Assembly (NCBI RefSeq): GCF_006345805.1
Contig: NC_043003.1
Span: forward strand, 115,444,001 to 115,508,000
Reading direction: 5' to 3'
From: Octopus sinensis
Taxonomy: Eukaryota
Length of the DNA: 64,000 bases
Part shown: positions 29,689 to 43,029 of the stretch, piece by piece
Layout: every line of letters starts with the position of its first letter
Numbering within the stretch: the stretch's first letter is position 1
Program-made: the position numbers and the translations under genes
Notes under the pieces: model-generated
The model's input: only the letters and a program-made list of their open reading frames with translations
Databases searched by the model: none
Told to the model about the DNA's origin: nothing

Positions 29689-29873
29689 ACACCGCAACCC
29701 CGCGCACGCATACACAAATGCGCGCACATATATATATATATATATACATACATACATATATATACGATGGGCTTCATTCAGTTTCTGTCTACGAAATCTA
29801 TTCACAAAGTTTGGTCGACCTGATGCCATGTGGCTGAGAGCCAAACCTTCTACCACTCAGTCACGCCTCCACC
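29420..29873 (-). mobile_element. Old, diverged SINE family A copy
   Basis: Recognisable blocks: ggccatgctg, ctcttttgccgaaccgctaagt, cagtttctgtctac. Confidence 0.75.
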
Positions 29874-30706
29874 TAAGTTTATAAATGCTTGTTATTATTT
29901 TTTTGTTGTTGTTTTTGTAAGTGGAATACACACATTATATGTGTATATTACGCAAGAGACAGAACGAAAAATAAAAACCAAAATCAAACATGGTAAACCA
30001 GCCTAAATAATATATTTTGCATTAAGATATTAAGTTTAATGGAAATGATGGATGGTGAAGATGCATTACAGAGACGAAATTATTGTAAAATAAGTTATCA
30101 TTTAATAGATTTAATAACTCGCAAAGAAGAGTACTAAAGCCTACACTTTTGAAAAATTGCTTTTAAATATATATTCCAATCTATGACCAAATAAATCATA
30201 CAGGACCTGATATTAACAGAAACCGCAATTTAACCGTCCCCAGGAGCTTGCAACTGAATGTCGTCTACATGTTGGCAAGAACTGCGAAAAAATATCTAGC
30301 ATCTAACAACAAATAGTAACCTAACATCTAAAAAACTGAAATCAATTGATGTAAAAACAGAGGAATAAAAATAGCGACTGCCTCATTTGAAATCGGTTTA
30401 ATGAGACGAAAGTAATTTCAGTATTGATCTTGGCTAAATAATGAAAACAACAAAAACATCAGTTTACAAAACAACAAAAACATCAGTTTACAAAATGAGA
30501 AGACACACGGAAAGAGCTGCAGAAAAAAAAAAGGTATTTGGGTAACGCTATAATCGAAACGCAACCATCAAACTGTAGCTCCTTCACTTAAATGATAACT
30601 CGTTTTCAAATTCCCTAGATGTAGGACGCGAGTACCAGGGATTTCTTAACGAGAGGCCGAAATACCAAAACAGTTGTTGGTCATAAGAATTCACATCTGA
30701 AGTTTC

Positions 30707-30885
30707 AATTCAATTCAATTTTATTGGCTCAAAAAGCAAAGGCGAGACCATGTAGGGGGACAGGGAGTTATGTACAGGGAAGGTGGTCATACAAAGAGTT
30801 CAGGACATTTCTGGTCAAGAGAGAATTTGTACCGAGCGGTCGTCGGCATCTTCACTCCGGACGGAGAAAGCCCCTCTACTTCGTC
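30707..30885 (-). mobile_element. CR1/L2-like LINE 3' end
   Basis: Minus strand gives LSPSGVKMPTTARYKFSLDQKCPELFV*, then a short UTR, AATAAA and an (ATTGA)n tail. Confidence 0.55.
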
Positions 30886-31173
30886 AATTCCACATGTGCC
30901 TACTAAGCGATTTTCTTTTGAAATTCGATTTCTTGATATTTCCGATTAAAATATTGCATAATGTATGGGACTTTATACGTCACTATGAAACTTTTTCATA
31001 TTCAATATAGAAAATTCACAGAAATCACTAAAATTACAGGAAAGTCGTAAAATGTTTCGGATACGTGCATGGGCACGCACTCAGTCACAATGAAGCATGC
31101 AAATAAAAACATGATGTTCTCATATAGATATACACACGTAAAAACAAATGCGTCTTTCTGAAAACTCGTATAT

Positions 31174-31385
31174 ACAGTAATCACACGGCATATCGCGGTT
31201 GGCCTATCGCGATTTATCCTTAAAGCTTACATCGATTCCTCCGTGGTGTTGCTTTGCATTTACAATAAAATGAATGTATACAAATTATAATTTTAGAAAT
31301 ACAGTACAGTACTGTTTATACTTCGCGGATTTTTATCTATCGCGGGTTTTTCGAACCTAGCTCACGCGGTATTTACAATTCTGGA
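31174..31385. mobile_element. Degenerate pogo/Tigger-like MITE
   Basis: TA|cagtaatcacacggcatatcgcgg start and recurring atcgcg/ttcgcgg subterminal motifs. Confidence 0.4.
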
Positions 31386-32568
31386 ATATACAGTTCAGAG
31401 AAATGTTTGAAGCCTTTTTTTAAAATCCACTCAAAGTGCAATATCTGAGATTCGATGAGATATTAAAAAAAATATATTAGTTGCAAAACAATATTTTAAT
31501 CCGTCCTGAACTAGCGTCAGAAAGAAGCTACATCAAATTCCCCACTTTACTACACAAAGAAAAAAATACGTCTAGAAAATCCTGTACGCTAAATATAACT
31601 TCTTATGCGATGCACGCTGTCTCCAAATGTATAGTAAAGTCCAACATTTTGCTTCGAAACGCTATATAAGCTAGTATTATGTGGCATAAAATTTTGACAT
31701 GCTGCCGGTCGGTGCCCAAGAGGATATCAGAATTCTTTCGTTCGCTAGATACTCGGGCGTTAAAAGAAATTCCTAAGTTATGCGCTCCGATGGAAAACTT
31801 TACCTGCAGTTAAATCTCATTCATTGACAGACACTCGTATAACTTGTCAATGAAACAAATCTAGTATATCATATTCTCCAGATATTTCTTACTAAACAGA
31901 ATTACTATAATACGATTTTGTGAACCCTTATATTCCCCAGAACATACACACATTCCAGTCTTTCACAATGCAACAATTATTAGTGCATTTACACTGCTAT
32001 ATCTCATACATGCAAATCTTCCGTTCGTCAATAGGTTCATATACTTTTACATATCAATTATTAAAATATATCATGCAACCGGCTTCCCCAAGCTTAACCT
32101 CATTAACATTTCCACCACTGACGCCAACAGCTTTGCAAACTCTGTCACGGATATATTCGTCAGCCGGAAATAAATATCAGTAAGAATGTTAAGATGATCA
32201 ACATCACGTATACTCTGTCTCCATATATATTGTCCATATCTTCTCACACAGTCAACACCAACTTGAGATCTATCACCGCCAGCAACAGAACTACCATCAT
32301 CTATCTCCAGTATCGATATTACGATTGCAGAATATCAGCGATATTATAATGGTTTCAGAATACAAGCCATGTGTAAGCCGTATATATATATATATATATA
32401 TATACGCACACACAAGATTTGAGGAAAGGTGTAGATAAGATCTGGGCTACATCTATTTCATGGCAAGCGGAACCTCGGAAGTGGTAAATAGCCAAGCAAG
32501 GTGTGTACTGCAGGTTACTCTTCAAGGCAAGGATATCTCGATTAAATGAATGTTTACTTGTCGCAGGG

Positions 32569-32571
<3 letters not shown>

Positions 32572-32633
<62 letters not shown>

Positions 32634-32677
32634 ATATATATATATATATAATATATATATATATATTATATATATAT

Positions 32678-32755
<78 letters not shown>

Positions 32756-32780
32756 GTATGTATATGTATATGTATATATA

Positions 32781-32827
<47 letters not shown>

Positions 32828-32844
32828 ATATATATATAGATATA

Positions 32845-32900
<56 letters not shown>

Positions 32901-32903
32901 TTA

Positions 32904-32950
<47 letters not shown>

Positions 32951-32968
32951 GTAATAATAATAATAATA
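32572..32968. repeat. (TA)n then (AAT)n microsatellites
   Basis: Directly visible. Confidence 0.95.
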
Positions 32969-32969
32969 T

Positions 32970-33411
32970 TCTGCTCAGTACCACAGATTTGCTTGTCAGT
33001 TGTTTGACCTTAACCAGTTGAGCATGTCCCTTAGTGGCTGACGATATGTGCATCTCTGATCACGAGCAGAAATAGTGGGGGAGCATCATAGCCATGTGTT
33101 GAGAGGGATTCTTTGGGGTTTGAATAATTCACCTCTGGAAACATGGGTGGTTCTTTCAACATCCTTGAACAACCCTTATTCAGGGACCTTTTGAGCGGGG
33201 TGGGCTACTCAACCTGAAGAAAATTCTAACTGGGCCCCACCCGCAAGGTTACGTGCTGTTTATCTTGATATGAGATCCCCATGTCGCGCACATATGGTTG
33301 TGATGCATGTGCCTGGTGTACCCTTATCAGACAGGTAGTCATGATGGGTATATTGGGCTTCGTATATTTTACCCCAGTGTCACTTTGATGGCATGCACTG
33401 CTCTCTCACTC
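32970..33411. mobile_element. Interspersed repeat inserted within (AAT)n
   Basis: (AAT)n on both sides; homologous to 18870-19168. Confidence 0.8.
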
Positions 33412-33478
<67 letters not shown>

Positions 33479-33489
33479 TTAGGGAGTAT

Positions 33490-33678
33490 TGTCTGTGCCA
33501 TCCATCTGGTTCTTCTTTCCCTTTTGTCTTTTCATTCCCGTTATCTTTTCTCCTCACCTTGTCAGATCCGCGCATGTGCGGACACATACATACACCTGAA
33601 TACTGAAATATAAACAGACACCATTTAGTTTTAAGAGCATCAGTAACCACAACTGATATTGACTGATTTAAGTACCCT
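33490..33678. repeat. Unclassified ~190-bp interspersed repeat (inverted copy at 45028-45215)
   Basis: gtgccatccatctg...gatattgactgatttaagta matches the reverse complement of 45028-45215. Confidence 0.8.
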
Positions 33679-33716
33679 ATCACTGTTTGAGTTGCTTAAT
33701 AGTGGTTTTATCTCTA

Positions 33717-33792
<76 letters not shown>

Positions 33793-35256
33793 ATATGTAT
33801 GTATGTATGTATATTTGTGTGTGTATATGTATGTATATCATTTACTCAAATCAGAAAGAGGTAACACTAAATAAAAGAACTCTGAAGCGTGTTATGAAAG
33901 TCATATAATAGATATTTTTTTTAGAGAAATGTTTTCACGTAAATCATAATTACAAAAAGTGAAAGATAAATTATAGAATTTTTCCTGTAATAATTTGTTT
34001 TGATGCATTTTGTGTTATTCTTATTTTTTGTTTTGTCTTTGTAATTCTTAATTGATGTGTCACAATTAATAATCTAGTTGAATGGTAAAATGTCTCTAAT
34101 ATATTTATAATGCAATGCAGAATTCTAAAATAAATGGTTTTCAGATTTCAAAAATAAATGAATTGGTTTCGGGTCAGTAAAGTGTTATGTTTTAAGTCGT
34201 CTTCAGTAGATAAGTTAAACCATCACAGTCAATTCAAAATGGCGTGTATTGTTTCACAGAGATTTTTTTTTCGTCATAAAATTTATTTATTTTTCTGCTG
34301 CTTCACATGAAATTCATAGCGTAATTTTCATTTTCATAAATGTCTACCGAACTGTACAGGAAATCGCAAGGTGTGATAATTAAAATGTTAGTTTAGTGCA
34401 AGTTACTGTGCAACTATAACACGGGAGCGGCAGAGAAATGGAATATTTATAATAATCTTTTTTATCATTATCCCATTTTGTCTCTCAACTCACCAATTTC
34501 AAATGAGTCAAGCTCATCTTGTCGTCCATTTATCAAAATCAGACGGAGTTAATGAGGTCAGTTCTACCAACTATATCTAGACACATATATAAAACAGGTT
34601 TCTGTTTATTTAACAGAATCAATATTTATAATGTTAGCTTTTGGTAATATTATATCATCATTCAAAGTAGGAACATATTTAAAAATAATACTACATCTGT
34701 AGGACTTCAGTTTACACTTACCGTAAAATTTGTATAATCACTATATTTGGTGCTTATTCAAATGTATCGCCAGTTCAATACTAAGGTTGTTGCTGTTTCA
34801 ATGACTTTTCATTCATTCTATTAATTGATGATGCTGTGAATTTATATATAAGCATCAGAATACGCGAGACAATTATTGGGTTCCTATTATCGATATGCAT
34901 ATTGCGTTCAGTAGCAAATATGGAAAATCAGATTTCACGATGTGTAGTATTTCTAGAGCTCGTACATTGTATTTCTTATTAGTTTTTGTGCAATATTTTC
35001 TATTGCATACATCGTTTCTTTCCGGCAACCTCCGACACTCTGATGTCTATCATTTCAAACAAATGAAAAATCAATTCGATTATTCTGATACTGTGTCTGA
35101 CGCAGTAAGAAATTTGTTTGTATTACTCCATGAAATCAAAGTGTTGCACGACACGTTAAAGGAGCAACAAATCGCTGGTTTGTCTGCATATTTTACTGGT
35201 CCCATTTAACTCAGTTAATATCGGAATCATCAATATTAACTAATTTCACATTTTAT

Positions 35257-35673
35257 ACTCTTTTACTCTTTTACTTGTTTCAGTCATTTGACTGCGGCCA
35301 TGCTGGAGCACCGCCTTTAGTCGAGCAAATCGACCCCGGGACTTATTCCTTGTAAGCCCAGTACTTCTTCTATCAGTCTCTTTTGCCGAACCGCTAAGTG
35401 ATGGGGATGTAAACACACCAGCATCAGTTGTCAGGCAATGCTAGTGGGACAAACACAGACAGGTAAACACACACACGCATACATATATATATACATATAT
35501 ATACATATATGCAATAGGCTTCTGTCAGTTTCCGTCTACCAAATCCACTCACAAGGCATTGGTCGACCCGGGGCTATAGTAGAAGACACTTGCCCAAGAT
35601 GCCACGCAGTGGGACTGAACCCGGAACCATGTGGTTGGTTAGCAAGCTACTTACCACACAGCCATTCCTCGCC
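35257..35673 (-). mobile_element. SINE family A
   Basis: Full-length reverse copy. Confidence 0.9.
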
Positions 35674-35724
35674 TACAGGTTAAATTCAAACAAAACTAAT
35701 TTTAACTAAAATATTAAACGGACG

Positions 35725-36139
35725 GGATATTTTCGGTTTGAACGGCAGTTTTTAACATAATTTCTAGGTAATTAAAAAATTTTAAACTTCGTATACTGGC
35801 AGAATGTGTTTATAAAACATCTTTTTCTCTTGGCTTTATTGAGAAAATTCTATAGTTTGTAAGATATTTGTTGTTTTTTTTCTTCAATTTCTGCAATTTC
35901 AACCAATCAGTGACGTTTATTGAGTTAAAAAGCATTCTGTGCCGTATGAATATGTCCCTCGTTTAAGAAACAGATTGGGTTTATTTACATTTGTGAAGAA
36001 AAAAAGATACCCTTCCCCCACCCCCACGCCTAACCCTAAAATAGATTGAAATGCAATAGATCGATTCTAGGGTCATAATTATGGGTGACAATTTCATATG
36101 TCTCCGCTAGAAAAACTGCCGTTCAAACCGAGAAGTTCC
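35725..36139. mobile_element. MITE family E with perfect 8-bp TSD aacggacg
   Basis: TSD at 35717-35724 and 36140-36147. Confidence 0.9.
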
Positions 36140-36704
36140 AACGGACGTAAGCTAATATTAGTGTTAGTTCTTTTAGCCCTTATGAAACTACAACAGCTGG
36201 CTTTTATATGGAAATCCCTGTTGTCCGAGATGTGCACCATATTCACAACGATTTAGAAGCAAATTCTTATTCCCTAATCAATAATTTCTTTCTCTCCTTA
36301 TTTATAAATTTTAGTGCAATAACTCCGTTCTAACAGATATGCTCTTACGTTTGAATTATAAACTGCATCTTCTAAATTTCTTTTTGCCTTCTGCATTTAT
36401 ATGGCACGACCATAGAAGTGTTTCTAGATTTGCTTCGATTTCTTTAAAGCCTAAATTTATTATCACATAGCCGTGAAGAACTTTCCCTGATAAAAAATTT
36501 TAATTATTGAATAGGTGTTATATGCTACGTGAAATGAGATTTCTATAGAGGCTGTCCATTATACTGAGGGTCTAGGAAAATGTATATGGTAATCAATTAC
36601 ATAAATATTGTGTCAAAATGTTTAGTACCGATATTTAAAAGTATAATATACTCTTCTATATGTGAATGATTTATAACAATGAAATATTGCTGCTGTACAC
36701 TAAC

Positions 36705-36870
36705 AGGCGCAGGAGTGGCTGTGTGGTAAGTAGCTTGCTAACCAACCACATGGTTCCAGGTTCAGTCCCACTGCGTGGCATCTTGGGCAAGTATCTTCTG
36801 CTATAGCTCCGGGCCGACCAATACCTTGTGAGTGGATTTGGTAGACGGAAACTGAAAGAAGCCTGTCGTG

Positions 36871-36915
<45 letters not shown>

Positions 36916-37042
36916 ATATGTCTGTGTGTCTGTGTTTGTCCCCCTAGCATTGCTTGACAACCGATGCTGGTGTGTTTACGTCGCCGTCACTTAGCGTTTC
37001 GGCAAAAGAGACCGATAGAAGAAGTACTGGGCTTACAAAGAG
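36705..37042 (+). mobile_element. SINE family A, 3'-truncated
   Basis: Head and body match 4746-5060. Confidence 0.9.
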
Positions 37043-37495
37043 TAACATACAGAATGTAGAATTACTTTGTTCCTACTGCATGACGCTGCCATTTGGCATG
37101 GTTTACGATTTGTAATATGGTTTTAAATGAAAAATCTTGCGGAAATCAACCACTGATCAACCGTAATTTACAGAGGTCACTATGCTCTGGTTACCTTCGC
37201 TTTTATATGTTTTGATTATGATAACTGAACTTACTTATTCTACACGACTCTGAGTTTCACTTTCACTTCTGATTTCACTACGCCACTTTTGAAATCTACT
37301 CAGTGTGTATGTATATGTGTATGAGTGTCCACTTCTGCCCCACCTGTGGGAGGGGCTGTCTTGCCTGGATTGGCCTCACCAGTCACCTCCGGTCTCATAG
37401 CAGCAATTCCACCAAATGATGTCAATCGTCATCTTCGAACCCGAAGGACGAACATTATTATTTTTATGTATGTGTGTACACACACAATAACACAT

Positions 37496-37567
<72 letters not shown>

Positions 37568-38294
37568 GATAGTGAATAAAAATAAGTTGTAATGATACTG
37601 GAAATCCTGATAAAGAGACAAATACTCTTATGAAGCAGAATTGTAAGAAGTGAATTATAGGAAATTGGCTGATACTTTACACACTCGCATATTGTGTTGG
37701 GGGTGTGAATCGCAAGCGACTTGAATTAGAAATTATTATGTCCATGTTGGTTAATTTCAGCTTATCTCTTACGTGTTCATTTCTCATTATATTGCTGGGT
37801 ATATATTTGAGAAAACATTAACAACAGAGGGGGAAAAAAACTAAAATTAAAAGTGTGAGGGAAGATATGATATTTTAAAAGAAAGAATAAGAAAAACTGC
37901 GAATGAGAAAATGAAAAAGATAGGAATAACAAAGGAGAGGAAGGAGATTAGAGGGAGGGATATGAATGCATTGAAACAAAAACACTTTGCAAGAAAAAGG
38001 AGAATATATTTGGATATAAAAAAAGATGACAAATATTATTTGTGAAGGCAAAAATAAAAGAATTGATGGAGTAGAAGTGCTAAAAATGTATTTGAAAGTG
38101 TTAGAGTGCAAAGACTGGGTGTGTGTCAGGGGAGAGAAAGAAAAGGTTGAAGATTAGATGCGTTAAAAGGAGAAGAAAAGATGTGCGAAGTAGTAAAAAC
38201 AAAACAGGATACTATTATAAAAATAACATAAATGTCACTTTGTAATTTTAGTAAAATGTCTTTTTCAAACACGAAAATAATAAAACGGAACTCT

Positions 38295-38655
<361 letters not shown>

Positions 38656-39323
38656 AAGATAACGAATTTAATCATGTTTCTATGAAAATGATTAGATAGA
38701 TTGAGTGATTTGAGCCGCAAATAGATTGTAAGAATACTTATTGCTTTTTATTCTATAATTTATTGAAATGATAATATATATACATGTGTGTGTGTGTGTG
38801 TGTTTATGTGTGCTTGTGTGTATGTGTGCATGCGCGTGTGTAAGTATCACGTATACTCATGTGTATATTTCGTGCAATTTATAAATGCACTTAGCTATCT
38901 GCAGCGAGATATAGACTGCATCATAGATTTTATATGTAAATGTAGCTTTTTTTAAGCGAGTATATCTGCATCCTTGTACACACACTAAAACACACTCACC
39001 CTCACACATACACAGAGATATATAGATATATGCATATATATATATGCATATATGAATATACATATATATATATATTATATACATATATGTATATATGTAT
39101 ATATGTATATAAATACATATATATATATGTATATGTATATACTTATATATATATATATGTATATACAAAAAATAATAGTTATCGCCATACTAATATGGCA
39201 TTCTTATAAAAATAAGAAAAAAGCTGTCCGCTTATTAGCTCCATGAGGCCATCGCCTTAAGTTAGCTATTTGATACACAAACTGTATCCATATAACCTTC
39301 GAACAAGGGAGGTCAGTCGCTCC

Positions 39324-39401
39324 ACACTACTTGACCGGCAGCTACAGACGCGTTTCGGGGTATTGCCCCTTTTCAATGCAGCGTAGCCAGCCAGTAGGTG
39401 T
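39324..39401 (-). ncRNA. Type I hammerhead ribozyme, mirror copy (loop II CAAUA)
   Basis: gctacagacgcgtttcggggtattgccccttttcaatgcagc at 39341-39382. Confidence 0.75.
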
Positions 39402-39702
39402 CGCTTCCGACAATCTCTGTTCGATGGTTTTATTTACCTAGTTTCGGTGGAATACATCCACTTGTTTTCAATAATAGAAATATTAAAATAACTAAGTCTC
39501 TCTAAAAGAGAACAGCGGCAGCGTTCCCGGAAAATAATAGTTATCGCCATACTAATATGGAATTCTTATAAAAATAAGAAAAAAGCTGTCCGCTTATTAG
39601 CTCCAGGAGGCCATCGCCTTAAGTTAGCTATTTGATACACAAACTGTATCCATATAACCTTCGAACATATATATACACATCGAACAGAGATTGTCGGAAG
39701 CG

Positions 39703-39780
39703 ACACCTACTGGCTGGCTACGCTGCATTGAAAAGGGGAAATACCCCGAAACGCGTCTGTAGCTGCCGGTCAAGTAGTGT
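39703..39780 (+). ncRNA. Type I hammerhead ribozyme with U3-A8 core variant
   Basis: GCUGCA-UUGAAAA-GGGG(AAAUA)CCCC-GAAA-CGCG-UC^UGUAGC; stem I extends via UGGCUGGC/GCCGGUCA and CUAC/GUAG; predicted cut after C39757. Confidence 0.75.
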
Positions 39781-40106
39781 GGAGCGACTGACCTCCCTTG
39801 TTCGAAGGTTATATGGATACAGTTTGTGTATCAAATAGCTAACTTAAGGCGATGGCCTCATGGAGCTAATAAGCGGACAGCTTTTTTCTTATTTTTATAA
39901 GAATGCCATATTAGTATGGCGATAACTATTATTTTCCGGGAACGCTGCCGCTGTTCTCTTTTAGAGAGACTTAGTTATTTTAATATTTCTATTATGTATA
40001 TACATATATGCATATATATGTGTATATATATATATGTATATTTATATATATGTATATACATATACATATATATGTATATGCATACATATATATACATATA
40101 TATATA

Positions 40107-40165
<59 letters not shown>

Positions 40166-40904
40166 TGTGTGTATACATTTATATATATATATATACATAA
40201 AATATATATGTATAAATATATATATATATATACACATATAGACTCTAATATATATATGTATGCTATACACACAAACACACGTCTACACACGCGCACATAA
40301 ACACTTGCATCGCAATTTCACTAACGATGAAAGTTTCAATAAAAATATGTACAAATATTAAAATATTCTTTAATTTTATGATGTTATTGGAAAGTCGATT
40401 GTAGACAAGAGACTTACATACGGTTTTTAAAAATATTTATATGGAGGTTTTATCATAAAAATGTCATAGAACATAATAAAAAAATATTAATACATTCCTT
40501 GCTGTGTTTATAACATTGAAAATAATTTTTACGGTAATATATACAAAGTGTAGAGAGATTTGTTTGAGTAAGATTCAGGATTATTTCTCATATTTAAAAT
40601 ATATAGCTCGTCATATTATTTCAATACAAAATCTGCATTACCCGACTGAGATTATGTCTCCTAGGCTGAATGAAGCAATTTCATAACCCTGTCGTTGATG
40701 TGTCCTCTGGAATTTGCCAGCATGTTATACCTTCAAGTATTTGTGTATTACCATTCCCACTAGTGTATGTTTTAATTTTTTTCTTTTTTTTCGGTATTAG
40801 TGCTATCCAAATTTTTTTTCTCTAGTTCACTATTTTTCTGGGTTATTCGGAAATATGATAGTCTTCTCGCATTGTGTGTTGCTATTATCTGCGCTAGGTT
40901 ATAT

Positions 40905-41204
40905 TTGTTCCTTCTCGAACTACGCTTGGCTCATAAGGGCCGGTTTCCCGGACTCCTTGGCGTATAGGTTCCCCACCTGGACGGAACACCGGTCCGTCGC
41001 AGGTGATCTACTAGATGCAGGAGGAAAGAGTGAGAGAAAGTTGTGGCGAAAGAGTCAGCAGCAGTTCGCCATGACCTTCTGGCTGAGCCACGTGGAGCTT
41101 AGATGTTTCGCTCATAAACACACACATCGCCCGGTCTGAGATTCGAACCTGCGATCCCTCGACCGCGAATCCGCTGCTCTAACCACTAAACCATGTGCCT
41201 CCAC
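40905..41204 (-). mobile_element. SINE family B
   Basis: Full-length reverse copy. Confidence 0.9.
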
Positions 41205-41539
41205 TAGGTTACAGCTAATGGATCATGTAAGCCGGACATGGGAGTCGAGCAAAGAAAACTCCAAACAAAATTCGAGCAAAGAAAACTCCAAACAGGACAG
41301 GGAATCAGAATAGCTAGAATTCGTAGCCTGCTAATACCTATTGATAAAAGCTTAGGGAAAATAGTTGATGGACAGAAACACAGGCAGCAGAGACATAAAG
41401 AAGAACTAACGCAATGTATAATAGGAACGGGGAATTAGGCTTGTATAATTCTGCTAAGAATAATGTATGCCGCTTAAACTCTAAACGTAAGACGAAGAAC
41501 CTAGACTACTGATGCAAAATCAGTTCTGAGCGAAGGACG

Positions 41540-41810
41540 TACCTCTGTATACAGACCAGGCCGCTACATTACAAAATGAGTCTAACAAATCATTTAAATT
41601 CATTTTGCCATAGAAGTAAGAGGAATAGCACGAGCCTAACAAACTAATAGACTCTCTTAAAGATAGGAAGCACATTTATACCACGGAGTGGGAGATAATT
41701 AGTACAGCAAAACCGTATCGTGCGGGAGGAAATAAATGTGAGTTATGTATTGAAGATATACACCAGAGCTTTACTTAATAGAAGGCTAGAATCATACAAA
41801 AACATTCAAG
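41540..41810 (+). pseudogene. Penelope-like GIY-YIG endonuclease remnant
   Basis: NHLNSFCHRSKRNSTSLT...WEIISTAKPYRAGGNKCELCIED...ALLNRR, colinear with 55418-55705. Confidence 0.65.
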
Positions 41811-42642
41811 AAATTTAACAAACGTTCTAGATAACTCAATATCCCACCCACAGATTGGTGAGATAGGAAGGACAGAAGTACATATCCTGAACTCCAAAAA
41901 TACATGACATTTTCATAAGCATATTATTCTGTCTAACTTCTACTACCAGCAATAATGCCACAGCAACGAAAATATATGAATAACTAAAACCATTACAAGG
42001 ACGATATTTGAAAGCAAGGTTATTAAAGACTCAACGACTCCAATCCGCAACGGAGCTTGCCAAACCCGTATCAATAACCTCGACCTAATTAGACAGAATT
42101 CTGACTTCGGGCAGTAACTTGTATGAAACCGGGCTCAACTATACAAGCTTACAAACACATCAGATTTCAGATGCAAAACAACCTCCCCTCGCTTCCCACT
42201 GAACTCTAAGAAGCAAACAACTAGATGTACTCAGATCGCTTATAGATCAGCTGGTGGACAGAGCTTGAATGAAGCTGCACAGACGATTATGCCTGGTTGC
42301 GTGTGCTACTGCTCATAATCTGTGCAGTGGGAATACGTGTAGGCGGTAATAAACATAAAAATTGCAAAAATAATAGAAAATAACTTTTCAGGATGAACAA
42401 TTCGCCATATTTTATAATTATTGGTATTAACATCCAGAGAATCAAACAAGAAATTTGCCAGTGGTGGAATTTACAGTGTGTGTAGTAGTTATTGATGTTA
42501 AATGCTAATCGGTGTGGTTAGCCATAATTTGGAACATAACTGACATCCGCTACGGTATCCGCCAGTATAATGTATTACTCTAAACTCACATTAATAGCAT
42601 ATGTTACAAGTGTCACAAGGCCGCTTATGACATTATAAATAA

Positions 42643-43016
42643 ACCAAGTGGTGGAAGCACTCCGTCGATTACGACGACGAGGGTTCCGGTTGATCCGATC
42701 AACGGAACAGCCTGCTCGTGAAATTAACGTGTAAGTGGCTGAGCACTCCACAGACACGTGTACCCTCAACGTAGTTCTCGGGGATATTCAGCGTGACACA
42801 GAGAGTGACAAGGCCGGCCCATTGAAATACAGGTACAACAGAAACAGGAAGTAAGAGTGAGAGAAAGTTGTGGTGAAAGAGTACAGCAGGGATCACCACC
42901 ATCCCCTGCCGGAGCCTCGTGGAGCTTTAGGTGTTTTCGCTCAATAAACACTCACAACGCCCGGTCTGGGAATCGAAACCACGATCCTACGACCGCTAAC
43001 CACTGGGCCATTGCGC
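42643..43016 (-). mobile_element. SINE family D (C-type head, different tail)
   Basis: 42853-43016 matches the family C head; the 3' part matches 8807-9037. Confidence 0.85.
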
Positions 43017-43029
43017 ATACACATAAACC

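Larger units (their letters stand above)
39168..39994. mobile_element. Family H5: 362-nt hammerhead-bearing monomer; ~1.4 tandem copies (minus, 39168-39666) head-to-head with one partial copy (plus, 39678-39994), in (TA)n
   Basis: aataatagttatcgcc recurs at 39171 and 39533 (period 362); the right arm is the reverse complement; no meaningful ORF. Confidence 0.9.

Noticed and set aside
37325-37455. GC-richer ORF start MSTSAPPVGGAVLPG
   Set aside because: It has a GTG start and runs into a microsatellite; it looks more like a retroelement 3' tail (cttcgaacccgaaggacgaac + ATT repeats).
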